Assembly (NCBI GenBank): GCA_040767965.1
Contig: JAXGNR010000004.1
Location: 448,001 to 512,000 of the forward strand
Direction: 5' to 3'
DNA from: Atribacterota bacterium
GTDB taxonomy: Bacteria; Atribacterota; Phoenicimicrobiia; Phoenicimicrobiales; Stramentimicrobiaceae
DNA length: 64,000 nt
Shown: in pieces, positions 42,928 to 53,565 of the stretch
Position numbering within the stretch: position 1 is the stretch's first letter
Layout of the letters: every line of letters starts with the position of its first letter
Translations under genes and position numbers: made by a program
The notes under the pieces: model-generated
Seen by the model: only the letters and a program-made list of their open reading frames with translations
Database searches by the model: none
What the model was told of the DNA's origin: nothing

Positions 42928-44166
42928 TTCTTTTTAAGGAGGAAAAAACAAAATGGCTAAAGAAAAGTTTGTTCGTACTAAGCCGCATGTTAATATCGGT
43001 ACTATAGGTCACGTTGACCATGGAAAGACTACCCTGACTGCAGCAATAACTAAATATTTGTCTATCAAGAAATTCGCCAAAGCCACGGCTTTTGATGAAA
43101 TTGACCGTGCACCTGAAGAAAAGGAAAGAGGGATTACCATCTCAGTATTCCATGCGGAGTACGAAACAGAAAAAAGACATTATGCCCATATAGACTGCCC
43201 TGGTCATGCTGACTATGTTAAAAACATGATTACCGGTGCAGCTCAAATGGATGGTGCAATCTTAGTCGTTTCTGCTGCTGATGGTCCTATGCCTCAGACC
43301 AGAGAACATATCCTGTTATCCAGACAGGTTGGTGTACCATACATCGTAGTTTTCTTAAACAAAACCGATATGGTGGATGACCCTGAATTGATTGAATTGG
43401 TAGAAATGGAAGTTCGGGAATTATTAAGTGAATATGAATTCCCAGGTGATGATATTCCGGTAGTAAAAGGTTCAGCCTTAAAGGCCATGGAAGCAGATAC
43501 TGCTAACCCGGATGATCCTGCTTTCAAACCAATGCAGGAATTAATGGATGCGGTAGACAGCTATATCGCCACACCGATGCGTGAGAATGACAAGCCTTTC
43601 CTGATGTCTATCGAAGACGTCTTTAGCATAACCGGAAGAGGAACAGTTGCTACTGGCCGTATTGAGCGCGGTATGATAAAAGTTGGTGACACAGTAGAAA
43701 TAGTAGGTTTAAGTGATAAGCCGAAAAAAACAGTTGCTACTGGTGTGGAAATGTTCCGCAAGCTGCTCGATCAAGCTGAAGCAGGGGATAATGTAGGTAT
43801 TCTCTTGCGTGGTGTAGATAAAAAAGAGATTAAACGCGGACAGGTTCTTGCTGCCCCAGGCAGTATTACTCCTCACACCAAATTCAAAGGCGAATTAGTT
43901 ATCCTTACCAAAGATGAAGGTGGAAGACATACTCCTATCTTTAGCGGTTATCGTCCTCAGTTCTACTTTAGAACCACAGACGTTACAGGTACCGTACATC
44001 TACCTGAAGGAGTAGAGATGGCCATGCCTGGTGATAACTTGACTGTTTCCGGAGAATTAATTACTCCAATCGCTATGGAAAAAGGAGTTCGCTTTGCTAT
44101 CCGGGAAGGTGGCAGAACCATAGCAGCAGGAGTTGTTACCGACATAGTTGAGTAATAATGGTGATA
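42928..44166 (+). repeat. Direct repeat copy 2 of the tuf unit
   Basis: Matches 25662-26900. Confidence 0.9.
42953..44155 (+). CDS. tuf: Elongation factor Tu (str operon copy)
   Basis: Protein identical to 25687-26889. Confidence 0.99.
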   Translation: MAKEKFVRTKPHVNIGTIGHVDHGKTTLTAAITKYLSIKKFAKATAFDEIDRAPEEKERGITISVFHAEYETEKRHYAHIDCPGHADYVKNMITGAAQMDGAILVVSAADGPMPQTREHILLSRQVGVPYIVVFLNKTDMVDDPELIELVEMEVRELLSEYEFPGDDIPVVKGSALKAMEADTANPDDPAFKPMQELMDAVDSYIATPMRENDKPFLMSIEDVFSITGRGTVATGRIERGMIKVGDTVEIVGLSDKPKKTVATGVEMFRKLLDQAEAGDNVGILLRGVDKKEIKRGQVLAAPGSITPHTKFKGELVILTKDEGGRHTPIFSGYRPQFYFRTTDVTGTVHLPEGVEMAMPGDNLTVSGELITPIAMEKGVRFAIREGGRTIAAGVVTDIVE

Positions 44167-44200
44167 AACTTTGTAAATCGTGAGGAGGATTGCAACTAAA

Positions 44201-44509
44201 ATGCAAAAAATAAGAATTAGACTAAGAGCTTATGATCATAGAATATTAGATAATTCAGCTTTAAAAATAATTGAAGCTGTAAAAAAGACATCAGGTAAAT
44301 ATTCGGGACCAATTCCATTGCCAACTGAAATAAACAAATATTGTGTTCTAATGTCACCTCATGTTGACAAAAAATCTAGAGAACAATTTGAAATGAGAAC
44401 ACATAAAAGAATGATTGATATTATTGACCCATCTTCAAAATCAGTGGAAGCTTTGATGCATCTAGATTTGCCTTCTGGTGTCGATATTGAGATAAAAACA
44501 TTAGAATAA
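44201..44509 (+). CDS. rpsJ: 30S ribosomal protein S10
   Basis: [30 protein letters not shown]. Confidence 0.98.
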   Translation: MQKIRIRLRAYDHRILDNSALKIIEAVKKTSGKYSGPIPLPTEINKYCVLMSPHVDKKSREQFEMRTHKRMIDIIDPSSKSVEALMHLDLPSGVDIEIKTLE

Positions 44510-44593
44510 TATAATATAAGAGTATAAAAAGTTAATAACGATTATGAATAATAATATTTTATTTTTGAAATATCTGCCTGGAGGTGTGAGATT

Positions 44594-45220
44594 GTGAAAA
44601 CTGGTATTCTAGGAAAAAAAATAGGAATGACCAGCATATTTTTAGAAAATGGTGATTCGGTTGGAGTTACCGTTTTACAAGCTGGTCCGTGTGTGGTAAC
44701 TAATAAAAAAGATAAGGAAAAAGATAGCTACGAAGCATTGCAATTAGGATTTATTGAAAATACTAAAAAGAAAAAAATTAACAAACCGATGCAAGGTTAT
44801 TTTAAAAAACAAAATACTAATGCCTTTAAACATTTAAGAGAATTTAAGTATAATGATTCATCAAAATATGAAATAGGCACTGAAATAAAAGTAGATCTTT
44901 TTAAAGAAGGCGAAAAGGTAAATATAATTGGAATTAGTAAAGGCCGAGGATTTGCAGGATCTGTTAAAAGACATAACTTTAGTGGTGGCCCAAAAACACA
45001 TGGTCAAAAAAACTATCATCGTGCCACTGGTTCTATAGGTGCTACTGATGCAGCGAGAGTATTTAAAGGGAAAAAACTCCCGGGCAGAATGGGCAATGAA
45101 AAAGTAAAAATAAAAAATATTGAAATAATTAAAATTGATTTGGACCAGAATCTGTTGTTGCTAAAAGGCGCTATTCCTGGTTCTAATAATACCCTTGTAG
45201 CTGTTGAAAAAATTTCCTAA
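44594..45220 (+). CDS. rplC: 50S ribosomal protein L3
   Basis: GILGKKIGMT, SKGRGFAG, GRMG. Confidence 0.98.
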   Translation: MKTGILGKKIGMTSIFLENGDSVGVTVLQAGPCVVTNKKDKEKDSYEALQLGFIENTKKKKINKPMQGYFKKQNTNAFKHLREFKYNDSSKYEIGTEIKVDLFKEGEKVNIIGISKGRGFAGSVKRHNFSGGPKTHGQKNYHRATGSIGATDAARVFKGKKLPGRMGNEKVKIKNIEIIKIDLDQNLLLLKGAIPGSNNTLVAVEKIS

Positions 45221-45261
45221 TTAATTTTTGATCTTATCTGCGGAGGAAGGAGAGTGGCGCT

Positions 45262-45888
45262 ATGATAGATATGAAAATACATAGTGTAGAAGGCGAAACA
45301 ATAGGCGAAATAAAGCTAAATGAAGACCTATTTAATGCTAAAATAAATAAACATATTGTACATCAAATTGTAAAACGTTACCTTGCTGATAAAAGAAGAG
45401 GAACTGCCTCTACAAAAGGTAGAAGCGATGTCAGAGGGGGAGGAAAGAAGCCCTGGAAGCAAAAAGGTACAGGAAGGGCAAGAGCAGGAACTATCCGTTC
45501 ACCCTTGTGGGTTGGCGGTGGAATCGTTTTTGGTCCTCAGGTTAGAGATTATGGATTTTCTATACCCAAGAAAATGAAATTGGTTGCTTTAAAATCAGTA
45601 TTATCAGATAAAGTTACGAATGATACTATGATAATCTTAGATAAAATTGAATTGAAGAATGGTAAAACAAAAGAAATTACCGAAATTTTTAACAAGTTCA
45701 ATTTAAACAATGAAAAGATATTGATTGTTATTGAAAAAGAAAATGAACAAATAAAAAGGGCTATCAACAATTTAACTAATGTCATTGCTGTTACCGCAAA
45801 TAAAATCAATACATATGATGTTTTGAATAGCAATAAAGTTCTTGTGACAAAAAATGCATTAGAAGTAATTGAGGAGGTATTTTTATAA
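45262..45888 (+). CDS. rplD: 50S ribosomal protein L4
   Basis: KPWKQKGTGRARAG, GGGIVFGP. Confidence 0.98.
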   Translation: MIDMKIHSVEGETIGEIKLNEDLFNAKINKHIVHQIVKRYLADKRRGTASTKGRSDVRGGGKKPWKQKGTGRARAGTIRSPLWVGGGIVFGPQVRDYGFSIPKKMKLVALKSVLSDKVTNDTMIILDKIELKNGKTKEITEIFNKFNLNNEKILIVIEKENEQIKRAINNLTNVIAVTANKINTYDVLNSNKVLVTKNALEVIEEVFL

Positions 45889-46175
45889 TGTCTACTACAA
45901 AAACCATATTGATTCACCCAATTATTTCAGAAAAAAGTGTATTAAATAAAGAATTAGGTAAATATGTTTTTAAGGTTTCTTGGGATGCGAATAAATCCGA
46001 AATAAAAAAAGCTGTCGAAGATAAATTTAAAGTTAAAGTAGACAAAGTAAATACCGTTAAAGTTCCCGGTAAAAGTAGAAAAATGGGTAAGTATATGGGA
46101 ATGACATCCCACTGGAAAAAAGCAATAGTTACTTTAACTGATGGTCAAAAAATACAAGAATTAGAAAATATTTAA
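45888..46175 (+). CDS. rplW: 50S ribosomal protein L23
   Basis: PIISEKS, ANKSEIKKAVE, WKKAIVTL. Confidence 0.97.
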   Translation: MSTTKTILIHPIISEKSVLNKELGKYVFKVSWDANKSEIKKAVEDKFKVKVDKVNTVKVPGKSRKMGKYMGMTSHWKKAIVTLTDGQKIQELENI

Positions 46176-46205
46176 AAAGTTTACTAAAGAAAGGTGTAGA
46201 TTAAA

Positions 46206-47039
46206 GTGGCTGATATTAAAAAATATAAACCAACATCATCCGGTAGAAGGTTTATGACTGTATCCACCTTTGATGATATTACCAGTGTTAACCCAGAAAA
46301 GAAATTAACTTCTGGGAAAAGTAAAAAAGCTGGTAGAAATAATTATGGTAGGATTATGGTTCGCAGAAAAGGTGGTGGCGTAAAAAGGAAATTTAGATAT
46401 ATAGATTTCTTAAGGGAAAAAGAAGGAATCCCAGCAAAAGTTGCTAGTATCGAATATGATCCCAATAGATCTGCCAGGATTGCATTACTAAAATATGTTG
46501 ACGGGGAAAAAAGATATATCATATGTCCGGCTAAACTCAATGTAGGCGATACTATCCTTTCCGGAAATAAAGCTGAGGTTGGCCCTGGAAACGCTATGGC
46601 TTTAAAAGATATTCCCCAGGGTACTTTTATTCATAATATAGAATTGAAAAAAGGACAAGGAGCTGCCCTTGCAAGATCGGCAGGAGCATCAGCTCAAATA
46701 TTGGCAAAAGAAGGTAAATACGCACATGTAAAACTACCTTCTGGTGAAGTAAGGCTGATTAGCATGGAATGCTCTGCTACAATTGGACAGGTAGGCAATC
46801 AGAATCATTCCAATATAAATTTAGGTAAAGCCGGAAAAAGCAGATATAAGGGCAGAAGACCAAAAGTAAGAGGTGTTGCCATGAATCCAATTGATCATCC
46901 ATTGGGTGGTGGAGAAGGCAAGTCTTCTGGTGGCAGACATCCTGCTTCTCCAAGCGGGCAACTAGCCAAAGGTTTTAAAACAAGGAAAAAGAAAAAAGAT
47001 TCAGATAAGTTTATTGTAAAGAGAAGGACACAAAAATAG
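46206..47039 (+). CDS. rplB: 50S ribosomal protein L2
   Basis: [30 protein letters not shown]. Confidence 0.99.
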   Translation: MADIKKYKPTSSGRRFMTVSTFDDITSVNPEKKLTSGKSKKAGRNNYGRIMVRRKGGGVKRKFRYIDFLREKEGIPAKVASIEYDPNRSARIALLKYVDGEKRYIICPAKLNVGDTILSGNKAEVGPGNAMALKDIPQGTFIHNIELKKGQGAALARSAGASAQILAKEGKYAHVKLPSGEVRLISMECSATIGQVGNQNHSNINLGKAGKSRYKGRRPKVRGVAMNPIDHPLGGGEGKSSGGRHPASPSGQLAKGFKTRKKKKDSDKFIVKRRTQK

Positions 47040-47057
47040 GGGAGGGTTGATAAATAA

Positions 47058-47342
47058 ATGTCAAGATCCATTAAAAAAGGTCCATATATTGATGAAAAAT
47101 TACTTAAAAAAGTAAGGGAATTGAATAAAAAAAGAAAAAAAGAACCTATTAAAACATGGTCTAGAAATTCAACCATTTTCCCATTAATGGTCGGGCATAC
47201 AATTGCCGTTCATGATGGTAAAAAGCATGTACCAGTTTATATAACTGAAAACATGGTTGGACATAAACTAGGGGAATTTTCACCTACCAGAAGATTTAAA
47301 GGCCATGGTGCTCATACTGAAAGGTCTACAACAATAAAATAG
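47058..47342 (+). CDS. rpsS: 30S ribosomal protein S19
   Basis: [20 protein letters not shown]. Confidence 0.99.
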   Translation: MSRSIKKGPYIDEKLLKKVRELNKKRKKEPIKTWSRNSTIFPLMVGHTIAVHDGKKHVPVYITENMVGHKLGEFSPTRRFKGHGAHTERSTTIK

Positions 47343-47415
47343 TAAAGTTAATTAATAATAATTATAAATTATAATAATTGAGCGAAGTATTGTTTAGCAA
47401 AATAGGAGGAAAATT

Positions 47416-47760
47416 ATGGGTGCAAAATCTGTTGGAAGATTTATTCCAATATCTCCAAGGAAATGTCGCAGAATGATTGATACTATCCAAGGCAAAGATA
47501 CTGGAATGGCTTTATTGCAATTACAGTTTTCACCAACTAGATCAGCCAAAATGATTTATAAAGTTCTTAAATCAGCAATATCAAATGCTGAAAACAATTT
47601 TAATATGAATGTTGATGAACTGTTTGTAAATAAAGCATTTGTAGATGAAGGCCCAACAATAAAAAGGTTTCGGCCAAGAGCAATGGGCAGGGCTGCTCGC
47701 ATAAACAAACGCACAAGCCACATTACAATTGAAGTTGAAGAGAAAGGGGTTGAAAGATAA
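47416..47760 (+). CDS. rplV: 50S ribosomal protein L22
   Basis: SPRK, SAISNAENN, RPRAMGRA, KRTSHIT. Confidence 0.98.
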   Translation: MGAKSVGRFIPISPRKCRRMIDTIQGKDTGMALLQLQFSPTRSAKMIYKVLKSAISNAENNFNMNVDELFVNKAFVDEGPTIKRFRPRAMGRAARINKRTSHITIEVEEKGVER

Positions 47761-48501
47761 TTGGGACAAAAAGTTCACCCAAAAGGTTTACGTATTGGAA
47801 TAATTAAAGATTGGGATGTCAAATGGTATAGTCGAAAAAATTACAAAGAAAACATTTCTCAAGATCATAAAATTAGAAAATTTATTAAAGAAAACTTGAA
47901 CCATGCCGGAATATCTATGGTAAATATAGAGAGAATTGCTAATCGTATTAGAATTACTATTAATTGTGCTAGACCTGGCATTATTATTGGTAGAAAAGGT
48001 GCTGAAGTTAATAAGCTAAAAGACAATTTAATAAAAATACTAGGTGATGGTGATGTTCAAATTAATATCAAGGAAGTCAAAACACCAGAAATTGATGCTC
48101 AATTAGTTGCAGAAGATATCGCAAATCAGATATTAAGAAGAGCTTCAGTAAAGAGAATGATGAAACAGGCAGCTTCTCGTGCAATAAAAATGAAAGCTGA
48201 AGGAATTAAAATAATGATTTCTGGTAGAATAGGTGGTGCTGAAATCGCTAGAACAGAATGGCATATGGAAGGTAGATTACCTCTTCATACATTAAGAGCT
48301 GATATCGATTATGGTTTCGCCGAAGCAAATACTACCTACGGTAAAGTAGGGGTAAAAGTCTGGATATTTAAAGGCGAAATATTGCCTAAAATAAAAAACA
48401 GAATCAGCGAAATAGAAGAAGATCTTAGTGGAAAAGATTATAATGATGCAAATAAAAGAACATCTGTAATAGGGGGACAAGAAGATGCTTCAGCCAACTA
48501 G
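47761..48501 (+). CDS. rpsC: 30S ribosomal protein S3
   Basis: [33 protein letters not shown]. Confidence 0.99.
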   Translation: MGQKVHPKGLRIGIIKDWDVKWYSRKNYKENISQDHKIRKFIKENLNHAGISMVNIERIANRIRITINCARPGIIIGRKGAEVNKLKDNLIKILGDGDVQINIKEVKTPEIDAQLVAEDIANQILRRASVKRMMKQAASRAIKMKAEGIKIMISGRIGGAEIARTEWHMEGRLPLHTLRADIDYGFAEANTTYGKVGVKVWIFKGEILPKIKNRISEIEEDLSGKDYNDANKRTSVIGGQEDASAN

Positions 48502-48907
48502 AACAAAACATAGAAAGTTACAACGGGGTAAAATGAAGGGAAAAGCTCAAAAGGGAAATTTAATATCCTTTGGAGATTATGCATTACAATCATTGCAGAT
48601 ATCCTGGATAACAAGTTCTCAAATTGAAGCTGCTAGAATTGCAATTACTCATGAAATAAAACGTGGAGGGAAAGTTTGGATTAGAATATTCCCACATAAG
48701 TCAGTTACCAAGACTGCTGCTGAAACCAGAATGGGTAAAGGTAAAGGATCCCCCGAATTTTGGGTTGCTGTTGTTAAGCCTGGTACAATATTATTTGAAC
48801 TAGGTGGTGTTGATGAAGAAATAGCTAGAGAAGCCATGAGATTGGCCTCTCATAAATTGCCAATCAAAACTCGTTTTGTTATGCGAGAAGAACAGGTGGT
48901 GGGTTAA
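48485..48907 (+). CDS. rplP: 50S ribosomal protein L16
   Basis: [23 protein letters not shown]. Confidence 0.99.
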   Translation: MLQPTRTKHRKLQRGKMKGKAQKGNLISFGDYALQSLQISWITSSQIEAARIAITHEIKRGGKVWIRIFPHKSVTKTAAETRMGKGKGSPEFWVAVVKPGTILFELGGVDEEIAREAMRLASHKLPIKTRFVMREEQVVG

Positions 48908-49123
48908 TTGAAAGCAAGTGAATTAAGAGATTTATCAATTGCGGAATTAGAAAAAAAATTAGCTGATTTAAAAGACGAATTGTTTAGTTTGCGTTTTCAA
49001 TCAGTAACTGGCCAGTTAGGCAACCACATGAAAATAAAAGAAGTAAAACATGATATTGCTAGAGCAAAAACTGTGCTAAGAGAAATTGAATTAAATAAAA
49101 GTAATCAAAAACTTAAAGTTTAA
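48908..49123 (+). CDS. rpmC: 50S ribosomal protein L29
   Basis: [21 protein letters not shown]. Confidence 0.97.
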   Translation: MKASELRDLSIAELEKKLADLKDELFSLRFQSVTGQLGNHMKIKEVKHDIARAKTVLREIELNKSNQKLKV

Positions 49124-49162
49124 AATAATTAAATTTTTGAAAAAGGAATAGGGTGATAATTA

Positions 49163-49423
49163 ATGTCTATTTCAACTGATACTAAAAGCAGCAGAGTTGG
49201 AATTGTTGTAAGTAATTCTATGGATAAATCTGTTGTTGTCCAAGTTAGTTATTTAGTGGCTCATAAATTATATAAAAAAAGAATCAGAAAAAGTACTAAA
49301 TTTATGGCCCATGATGAAAAAAATATGTGCGAAGTTGGAGATAAAGTTAAAATAATTTCTACAAGACCATTAAGCAAAAGAAAAAGATGGGAAGTTATTG
49401 AAATTATTGAAAAACAAAAATAA
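49163..49423 (+). CDS. rpsQ: 30S ribosomal protein S17
   Basis: [25 protein letters not shown]. Confidence 0.98.
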   Translation: MSISTDTKSSRVGIVVSNSMDKSVVVQVSYLVAHKLYKKRIRKSTKFMAHDEKNMCEVGDKVKIISTRPLSKRKRWEVIEIIEKQK

Positions 49424-49486
49424 CTTTAAAGTAGTTTCGCATATTATATTATTAGTTATGATGATATATAAGGGAGTGTGGCAAAA

Positions 49487-49855
49487 TTGATACAAATGCA
49501 ATCAAATCTTTTTGTAGCAGATAATTCTGGTGCAAAAAAAATACAATGTATAAAAGTTCTTGGCGGATCAAGGAAAAGATATGCTAGGATAGGTGAAATT
49601 ATCATAGCATCTGTTAAAGAAGCCAATGTTGGTGGAACTGCTAAAAAGGGTGATGTTATAAAAGCGGTAATAGTGAGAACAAAAAAAGAAATTGGACGTC
49701 CTGATGGTTCATATATCCGTTTTGATGACAATGCAGCGGTCATAATCAACAACCAAAACGAACCTATTGGTACAAGAATATTCGGACCTGTAGCTCGAGA
49801 GTTAAGGGACAAAAAATTTATGAAAATAATATCCCTTGCTCCCGAAGTCGTTTAG
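49487..49855 (+). CDS. rplN: 50S ribosomal protein L14
   Basis: [21 protein letters not shown]; TTG start gives the canonical MIQ N-terminus. Confidence 0.99.
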   Translation: MIQMQSNLFVADNSGAKKIQCIKVLGGSRKRYARIGEIIIASVKEANVGGTAKKGDVIKAVIVRTKKEIGRPDGSYIRFDDNAAVIINNQNEPIGTRIFGPVARELRDKKFMKIISLAPEVV

Positions 49856-49876
49856 GTGCGGAAAGGAGTTAGCAAA

Positions 49877-50210
49877 ATGCCTAAAACTAAAGTAGCTTTA
49901 AAAAAGGGAGATAGTGTTCTGGTAATTACCGGAGAAGATAAAGGTAAGAATGGAAAAATTATTGAAATGTTACCTAATCAAAATAAAGTGATTATCGAGG
50001 GAGTAAACTTTCTGAAGAAGCATATGAAACCTACACAGAAATCACCCCAAGGTGGGATTGCAGAGACAGGAAGGATCTATTCACCTTTCTAATGTAAAAC
50101 TGGTTTGTAATAAATGTAATAAACCAACTAATATTAAACACGGATTAACTAAAGAAGGTAAAAAAGTTCGTATATGTAAAAAATGTGGAGAAATTATAGA
50201 TAAGGTCTAG
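49877..50210 (+). CDS. rplX: 50S ribosomal protein L24, interrupted by an apparent 1-bp insertion near 50061-50067
   Basis: 5' frame [16 protein letters not shown]...PQGGI; +1 frame continues [17 protein letters not shown]...[13 protein letters not shown] to TAG at 50208-50210. Confidence 0.92.
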
Positions 50211-50221
50211 GAGGTTAACAA

Positions 50222-50770
50222 GTGATACCCAGGCTAAAAGAAAAATACCAGCAGGAAATAGTTCCTGCAATGATGAAAAAATATAACTATAAAAATAAGA
50301 TGGCAGTGCCTAAAATTGAGAAAATTGTAATTAATATGGGCCTAGGAAAAGCAAGAGAAGATGCAAAAATAATAGATGAGGCTACTCAGGTTATTTCTGC
50401 TATTACCGGGCAAAAACCTGTAATTACAAAATCAAGTAAATCTATATCTAATTTTTCAATTCGTAAAGGTATGCCAGTAGGATGTAAAGTTACTCTTAGA
50501 AGTAGTAGAATGTATGAATTTTTAGACAGACTAATTAACGTAGCAATTGCTCGTATTCGTGATTTTCAAGGTACTTCTCCTGATTCTTTTGATGGACGAG
50601 GAAATTATACATTAGGAGTAAAAGAGCAATTAATATTCCCAGAAATAGAATTTGACAAAGTTAACACTACATTAGGAATGAATATTACTATAACCACTGA
50701 TGCTAAGAATGATGAAGAGGCAAAGGATCTTATACGATTAATTGGTATGCCATTTAAAAAAGATAATTGA
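50222..50770 (+). CDS. rplE: 50S ribosomal protein L5
   Basis: [25 protein letters not shown]. Confidence 0.99.
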   Translation: MIPRLKEKYQQEIVPAMMKKYNYKNKMAVPKIEKIVINMGLGKAREDAKIIDEATQVISAITGQKPVITKSSKSISNFSIRKGMPVGCKVTLRSSRMYEFLDRLINVAIARIRDFQGTSPDSFDGRGNYTLGVKEQLIFPEIEFDKVNTTLGMNITITTDAKNDEEAKDLIRLIGMPFKKDN

Positions 50771-50808
50771 TATTTAAGTATAAGGATTTTATAGAGGAGG
50801 ATATATGA

Positions 50809-50991
50809 GTGGCAAAAAAGTCGTTAGTTAAGGCAAATAGAGAACAAAAATATAAAGTAAGAGAATATAGCCGATGCAATATTTGCGGTAGACCAAGAGG
50901 GTATATTAGAAAATTTGGCATTTGCCGAATATGTTTTAGAAAAATGTCGCATAACGGTGAATTACCAGGTGTTATAAAATCAAGTTGGTAA
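50809..50991 (+). CDS. rpsN: 30S ribosomal protein S14, type Z
   Basis: [24 protein letters not shown]. Confidence 0.98.
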   Translation: MAKKSLVKANREQKYKVREYSRCNICGRPRGYIRKFGICRICFRKMSHNGELPGVIKSSW

Positions 50992-51050
50992 TTACAGAAA
51001 AGTTATTATTAAGAAAAATATGCATGATTGCAAGATGGGAGGATAATTAG

Positions 51051-51449
51051 ATGGGTGTTGTTACAGATCCAATTGCTGATATGATCACTAGAATCAGAAA
51101 TGCTAACAGGGCAAAAAGCAGTAAAGTTGAAATTCCTTCTTCAAAAATAAAACTCGAAATAGCTAGGATATTAAAAGATGAAGGATTTATTCGTGATTAT
51201 CAATCTAAAGAAGATAATAAACAGGGTGTTATTACAGTATTTTTAAAATACTCTGATAAACAAAGAATTATTACAAATTTAAAAAGAATTAGTAAACCAG
51301 GATTAAGAGTTTATGTGAATAAAGATGATGTACCTGAAGTATTGGGTGGATTGGGTATTAGTATTTTATCTACATCAAACGGAATTATGTCTGGGAAAGA
51401 AGCAAAAAAGAAACATTATGGTGGAGAAGTTTTGTGCTATATATGGTAG
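51051..51449 (+). CDS. rpsH: 30S ribosomal protein S8
   Basis: [30 protein letters not shown]. Confidence 0.99.
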   Translation: MGVVTDPIADMITRIRNANRAKSSKVEIPSSKIKLEIARILKDEGFIRDYQSKEDNKQGVITVFLKYSDKQRIITNLKRISKPGLRVYVNKDDVPEVLGGLGISILSTSNGIMSGKEAKKKHYGGEVLCYIW

Positions 51450-51537
51450 TTAGCAATAAAACTGGGATTCACTAATAAAATAATATACAGAATAATGTCC
51501 AGTTAAAAAAACAAGCAGATAAGGAGGATATTGTAAT

Positions 51538-52089
51538 ATGTCCAGGATAGGCAAGCTACCTATTACGATACCGGAAGGTATTTCGATAGTTATTAAAGAT
51601 AATAAGATTTCAGTAAAAAATAATCAACAAGAGCTAGATTTTGAAATACATCCAGAAATAAAAGTTATAATAGAAGAAAATAAAATAATCGTAGAAAGAC
51701 CCAGTAATTCAAGAGCTCACCGCTCTTTACATGGTTTAACAAGAAATATTATTTTTAATATGGTAAAAGGAATAAGCGAAGGATTTGAAAAAACGCTGGA
51801 AATAGTAGGTGTTGGTTATAGGGCAGACTTAAAAGGAAAAGATTTGGAGTTAAATTTAGGGTACTCTCATCCAATTAAAGTTGAAGCCCCTGATGGCATT
51901 GAATTTGCTGTTGATAAACAAAAAACTATTAAAGTAAAAGGAGCAGATAAGCAACTGGTTGGGAAAATAGCTGCTGAAATAAGAAAGCTAAGAAAGCCGG
52001 AGCCCTATAAAGGGAAGGGTGTTAAATATATCGATGAACGTATCAGAAGAAAAGTTGGTAAGGCAGGGGCAACAGTTGGCAGTAAATAA
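51538..52089 (+). CDS. rplF: 50S ribosomal protein L6
   Basis: MSRIGKLPI, GVGYRA, PEPYKGKG. Confidence 0.99.
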   Translation: MSRIGKLPITIPEGISIVIKDNKISVKNNQQELDFEIHPEIKVIIEENKIIVERPSNSRAHRSLHGLTRNIIFNMVKGISEGFEKTLEIVGVGYRADLKGKDLELNLGYSHPIKVEAPDGIEFAVDKQKTIKVKGADKQLVGKIAAEIRKLRKPEPYKGKGVKYIDERIRRKVGKAGATVGSK

Positions 52090-52133
52090 GAATTTATAAT
52101 GTGCTTATCATAGAAAGAGGGGTACTTAAAAAT

Positions 52134-52532
52134 ATGATTAACAAAAAATTTGCATCGAGAATTAGAAGAAAAAAAGGAATCAGGAAAAATATTAACGGAA
52201 CAAGCGATAAACCAAGAGTCACTATTTTCCGTAGCTCTAAAAATATTTATGCTCAAGCCATTGATGATGAGAATGGTGTTACTTTGTTGTCTTTATCCAC
52301 CTTAAGCCCAGAGGTAAAACAAGAAATAAAATTTGGTGGGAATGTTAACGCAGCTGAAGCTACAGGTAAAATTTTTAACGAAAAGTTAAAAGAAAAAGGA
52401 ATAAAAAAAATAGTTTTTGATAGAAATGGTTATCTATTTCATGGAAGAGTTAAGGCGTTTTCTGATAAAATTGAATTAAAAAATATTAAAAAAGGCAAAC
52501 CCGGTAAAGATAATCAGGAATTACAACCCTAA
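52134..52532 (+). CDS. rplR: 50S ribosomal protein L18 with atypical C-terminus
   Basis: PRVTIFRSSKNIYAQ, FDRNGYLFHGRVKA. Confidence 0.96.
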   Translation: MINKKFASRIRRKKGIRKNINGTSDKPRVTIFRSSKNIYAQAIDDENGVTLLSLSTLSPEVKQEIKFGGNVNAAEATGKIFNEKLKEKGIKKIVFDRNGYLFHGRVKAFSDKIELKNIKKGKPGKDNQELQP

Positions 52533-52590
52533 GTAATGTAACTAATATATAAATAAAATATTTAAATTGTTAGCGAGAGGAGATGAATAC

Positions 52591-53100
52591 ATGCAGAATG
52601 TGCAAAATAATTTTAACGAAGGTCAAGAGCTTAAAGAAAGCGTAGTCTTTGTAAATAGAGTTAGTAAAGTAGTCAAGGGCGGTAGAAGATTTGGATTTAG
52701 TGCAATGGTTGTTGTTGGAAATGGCCAGGGTTATGTTGGTATTGGGTATGGTAAGGCAAAGGATGTTTCCGATGCCATAAGGAAGGGCTCTACAAAAGCA
52801 AAAAAAGAAATGTCTAAAATTAAAACACGCAAAAATACTATACCTCACGCGGTAACAGGTATTCATGGAGGAGCTAAAGTATTTTTGAGACCAGCATCTC
52901 CGGGAACTGGAGTAATTGCCGGTGGGGCAGTTAGGGCAATTATAGAAGCAGTTGGAATACAGGATATTCTCACAAAATCATTAGGTAGTGATAATAATTT
53001 GAATATCGTTAAAGCTACTATGAAAGCTTTATTGAGCTTAAAAAATGCTAGAGAAGTTGCGAAGTTAAGAGGTATTCCTGTTGAGAAAATATATAATTAA
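52591..53100 (+). CDS. rpsE: 30S ribosomal protein S5
   Basis: [24 protein letters not shown]. Confidence 0.99.
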   Translation: MQNVQNNFNEGQELKESVVFVNRVSKVVKGGRRFGFSAMVVVGNGQGYVGIGYGKAKDVSDAIRKGSTKAKKEMSKIKTRKNTIPHAVTGIHGGAKVFLRPASPGTGVIAGGAVRAIIEAVGIQDILTKSLGSDNNLNIVKATMKALLSLKNAREVAKLRGIPVEKIYN

Positions 53101-53124
53101 GTTGTCACTGAGGGGGAATAAATA

Positions 53125-53565
53125 ATGGACCTAAATAATTTAGAAAAAAGCTCAGGATCTACTCATGTTAAAAAAAGGGTTGGAAGAGGCAATGCATCTG
53201 GAAGTGGAACTACTGCTGGAAGAGGCTCAAAAGGCCAAAAAAGTAGATCTGGTTATAAAAAGAAATTATATTTTGAAGGCGGTCAAATGCCTTTAAGTAG
53301 AAGAGTACCAAAAAGAGGATTTTATAGTCCTTTTAGAAAAGAATTCGCTATTGTTAATGTCGAAGAACTGAATCGTTTTGAAGAAAACACAATTATTACA
53401 CCAGAACTTCTGATTGAAGAAGGAATGGTAAAAAATGTTATGCATGGAATTAAAGTTCTGAGCAATGGAAAGTTGGAAAAACCATTAACTGTAAAAGCTC
53501 ATAGCTTTAGCCAGGAAGCGATTAAGAAAATAGAATCTGCTGGCGGAAAGGCAGAGGTGATATAA
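53125..53565 (+). CDS. rplO: 50S ribosomal protein L15
   Basis: RVGRG, GRGSKGQKSR, FEGGQMPL. Confidence 0.98.
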   Translation: MDLNNLEKSSGSTHVKKRVGRGNASGSGTTAGRGSKGQKSRSGYKKKLYFEGGQMPLSRRVPKRGFYSPFRKEFAIVNVEELNRFEENTIITPELLIEEGMVKNVMHGIKVLSNGKLEKPLTVKAHSFSQEAIKKIESAGGKAEVI

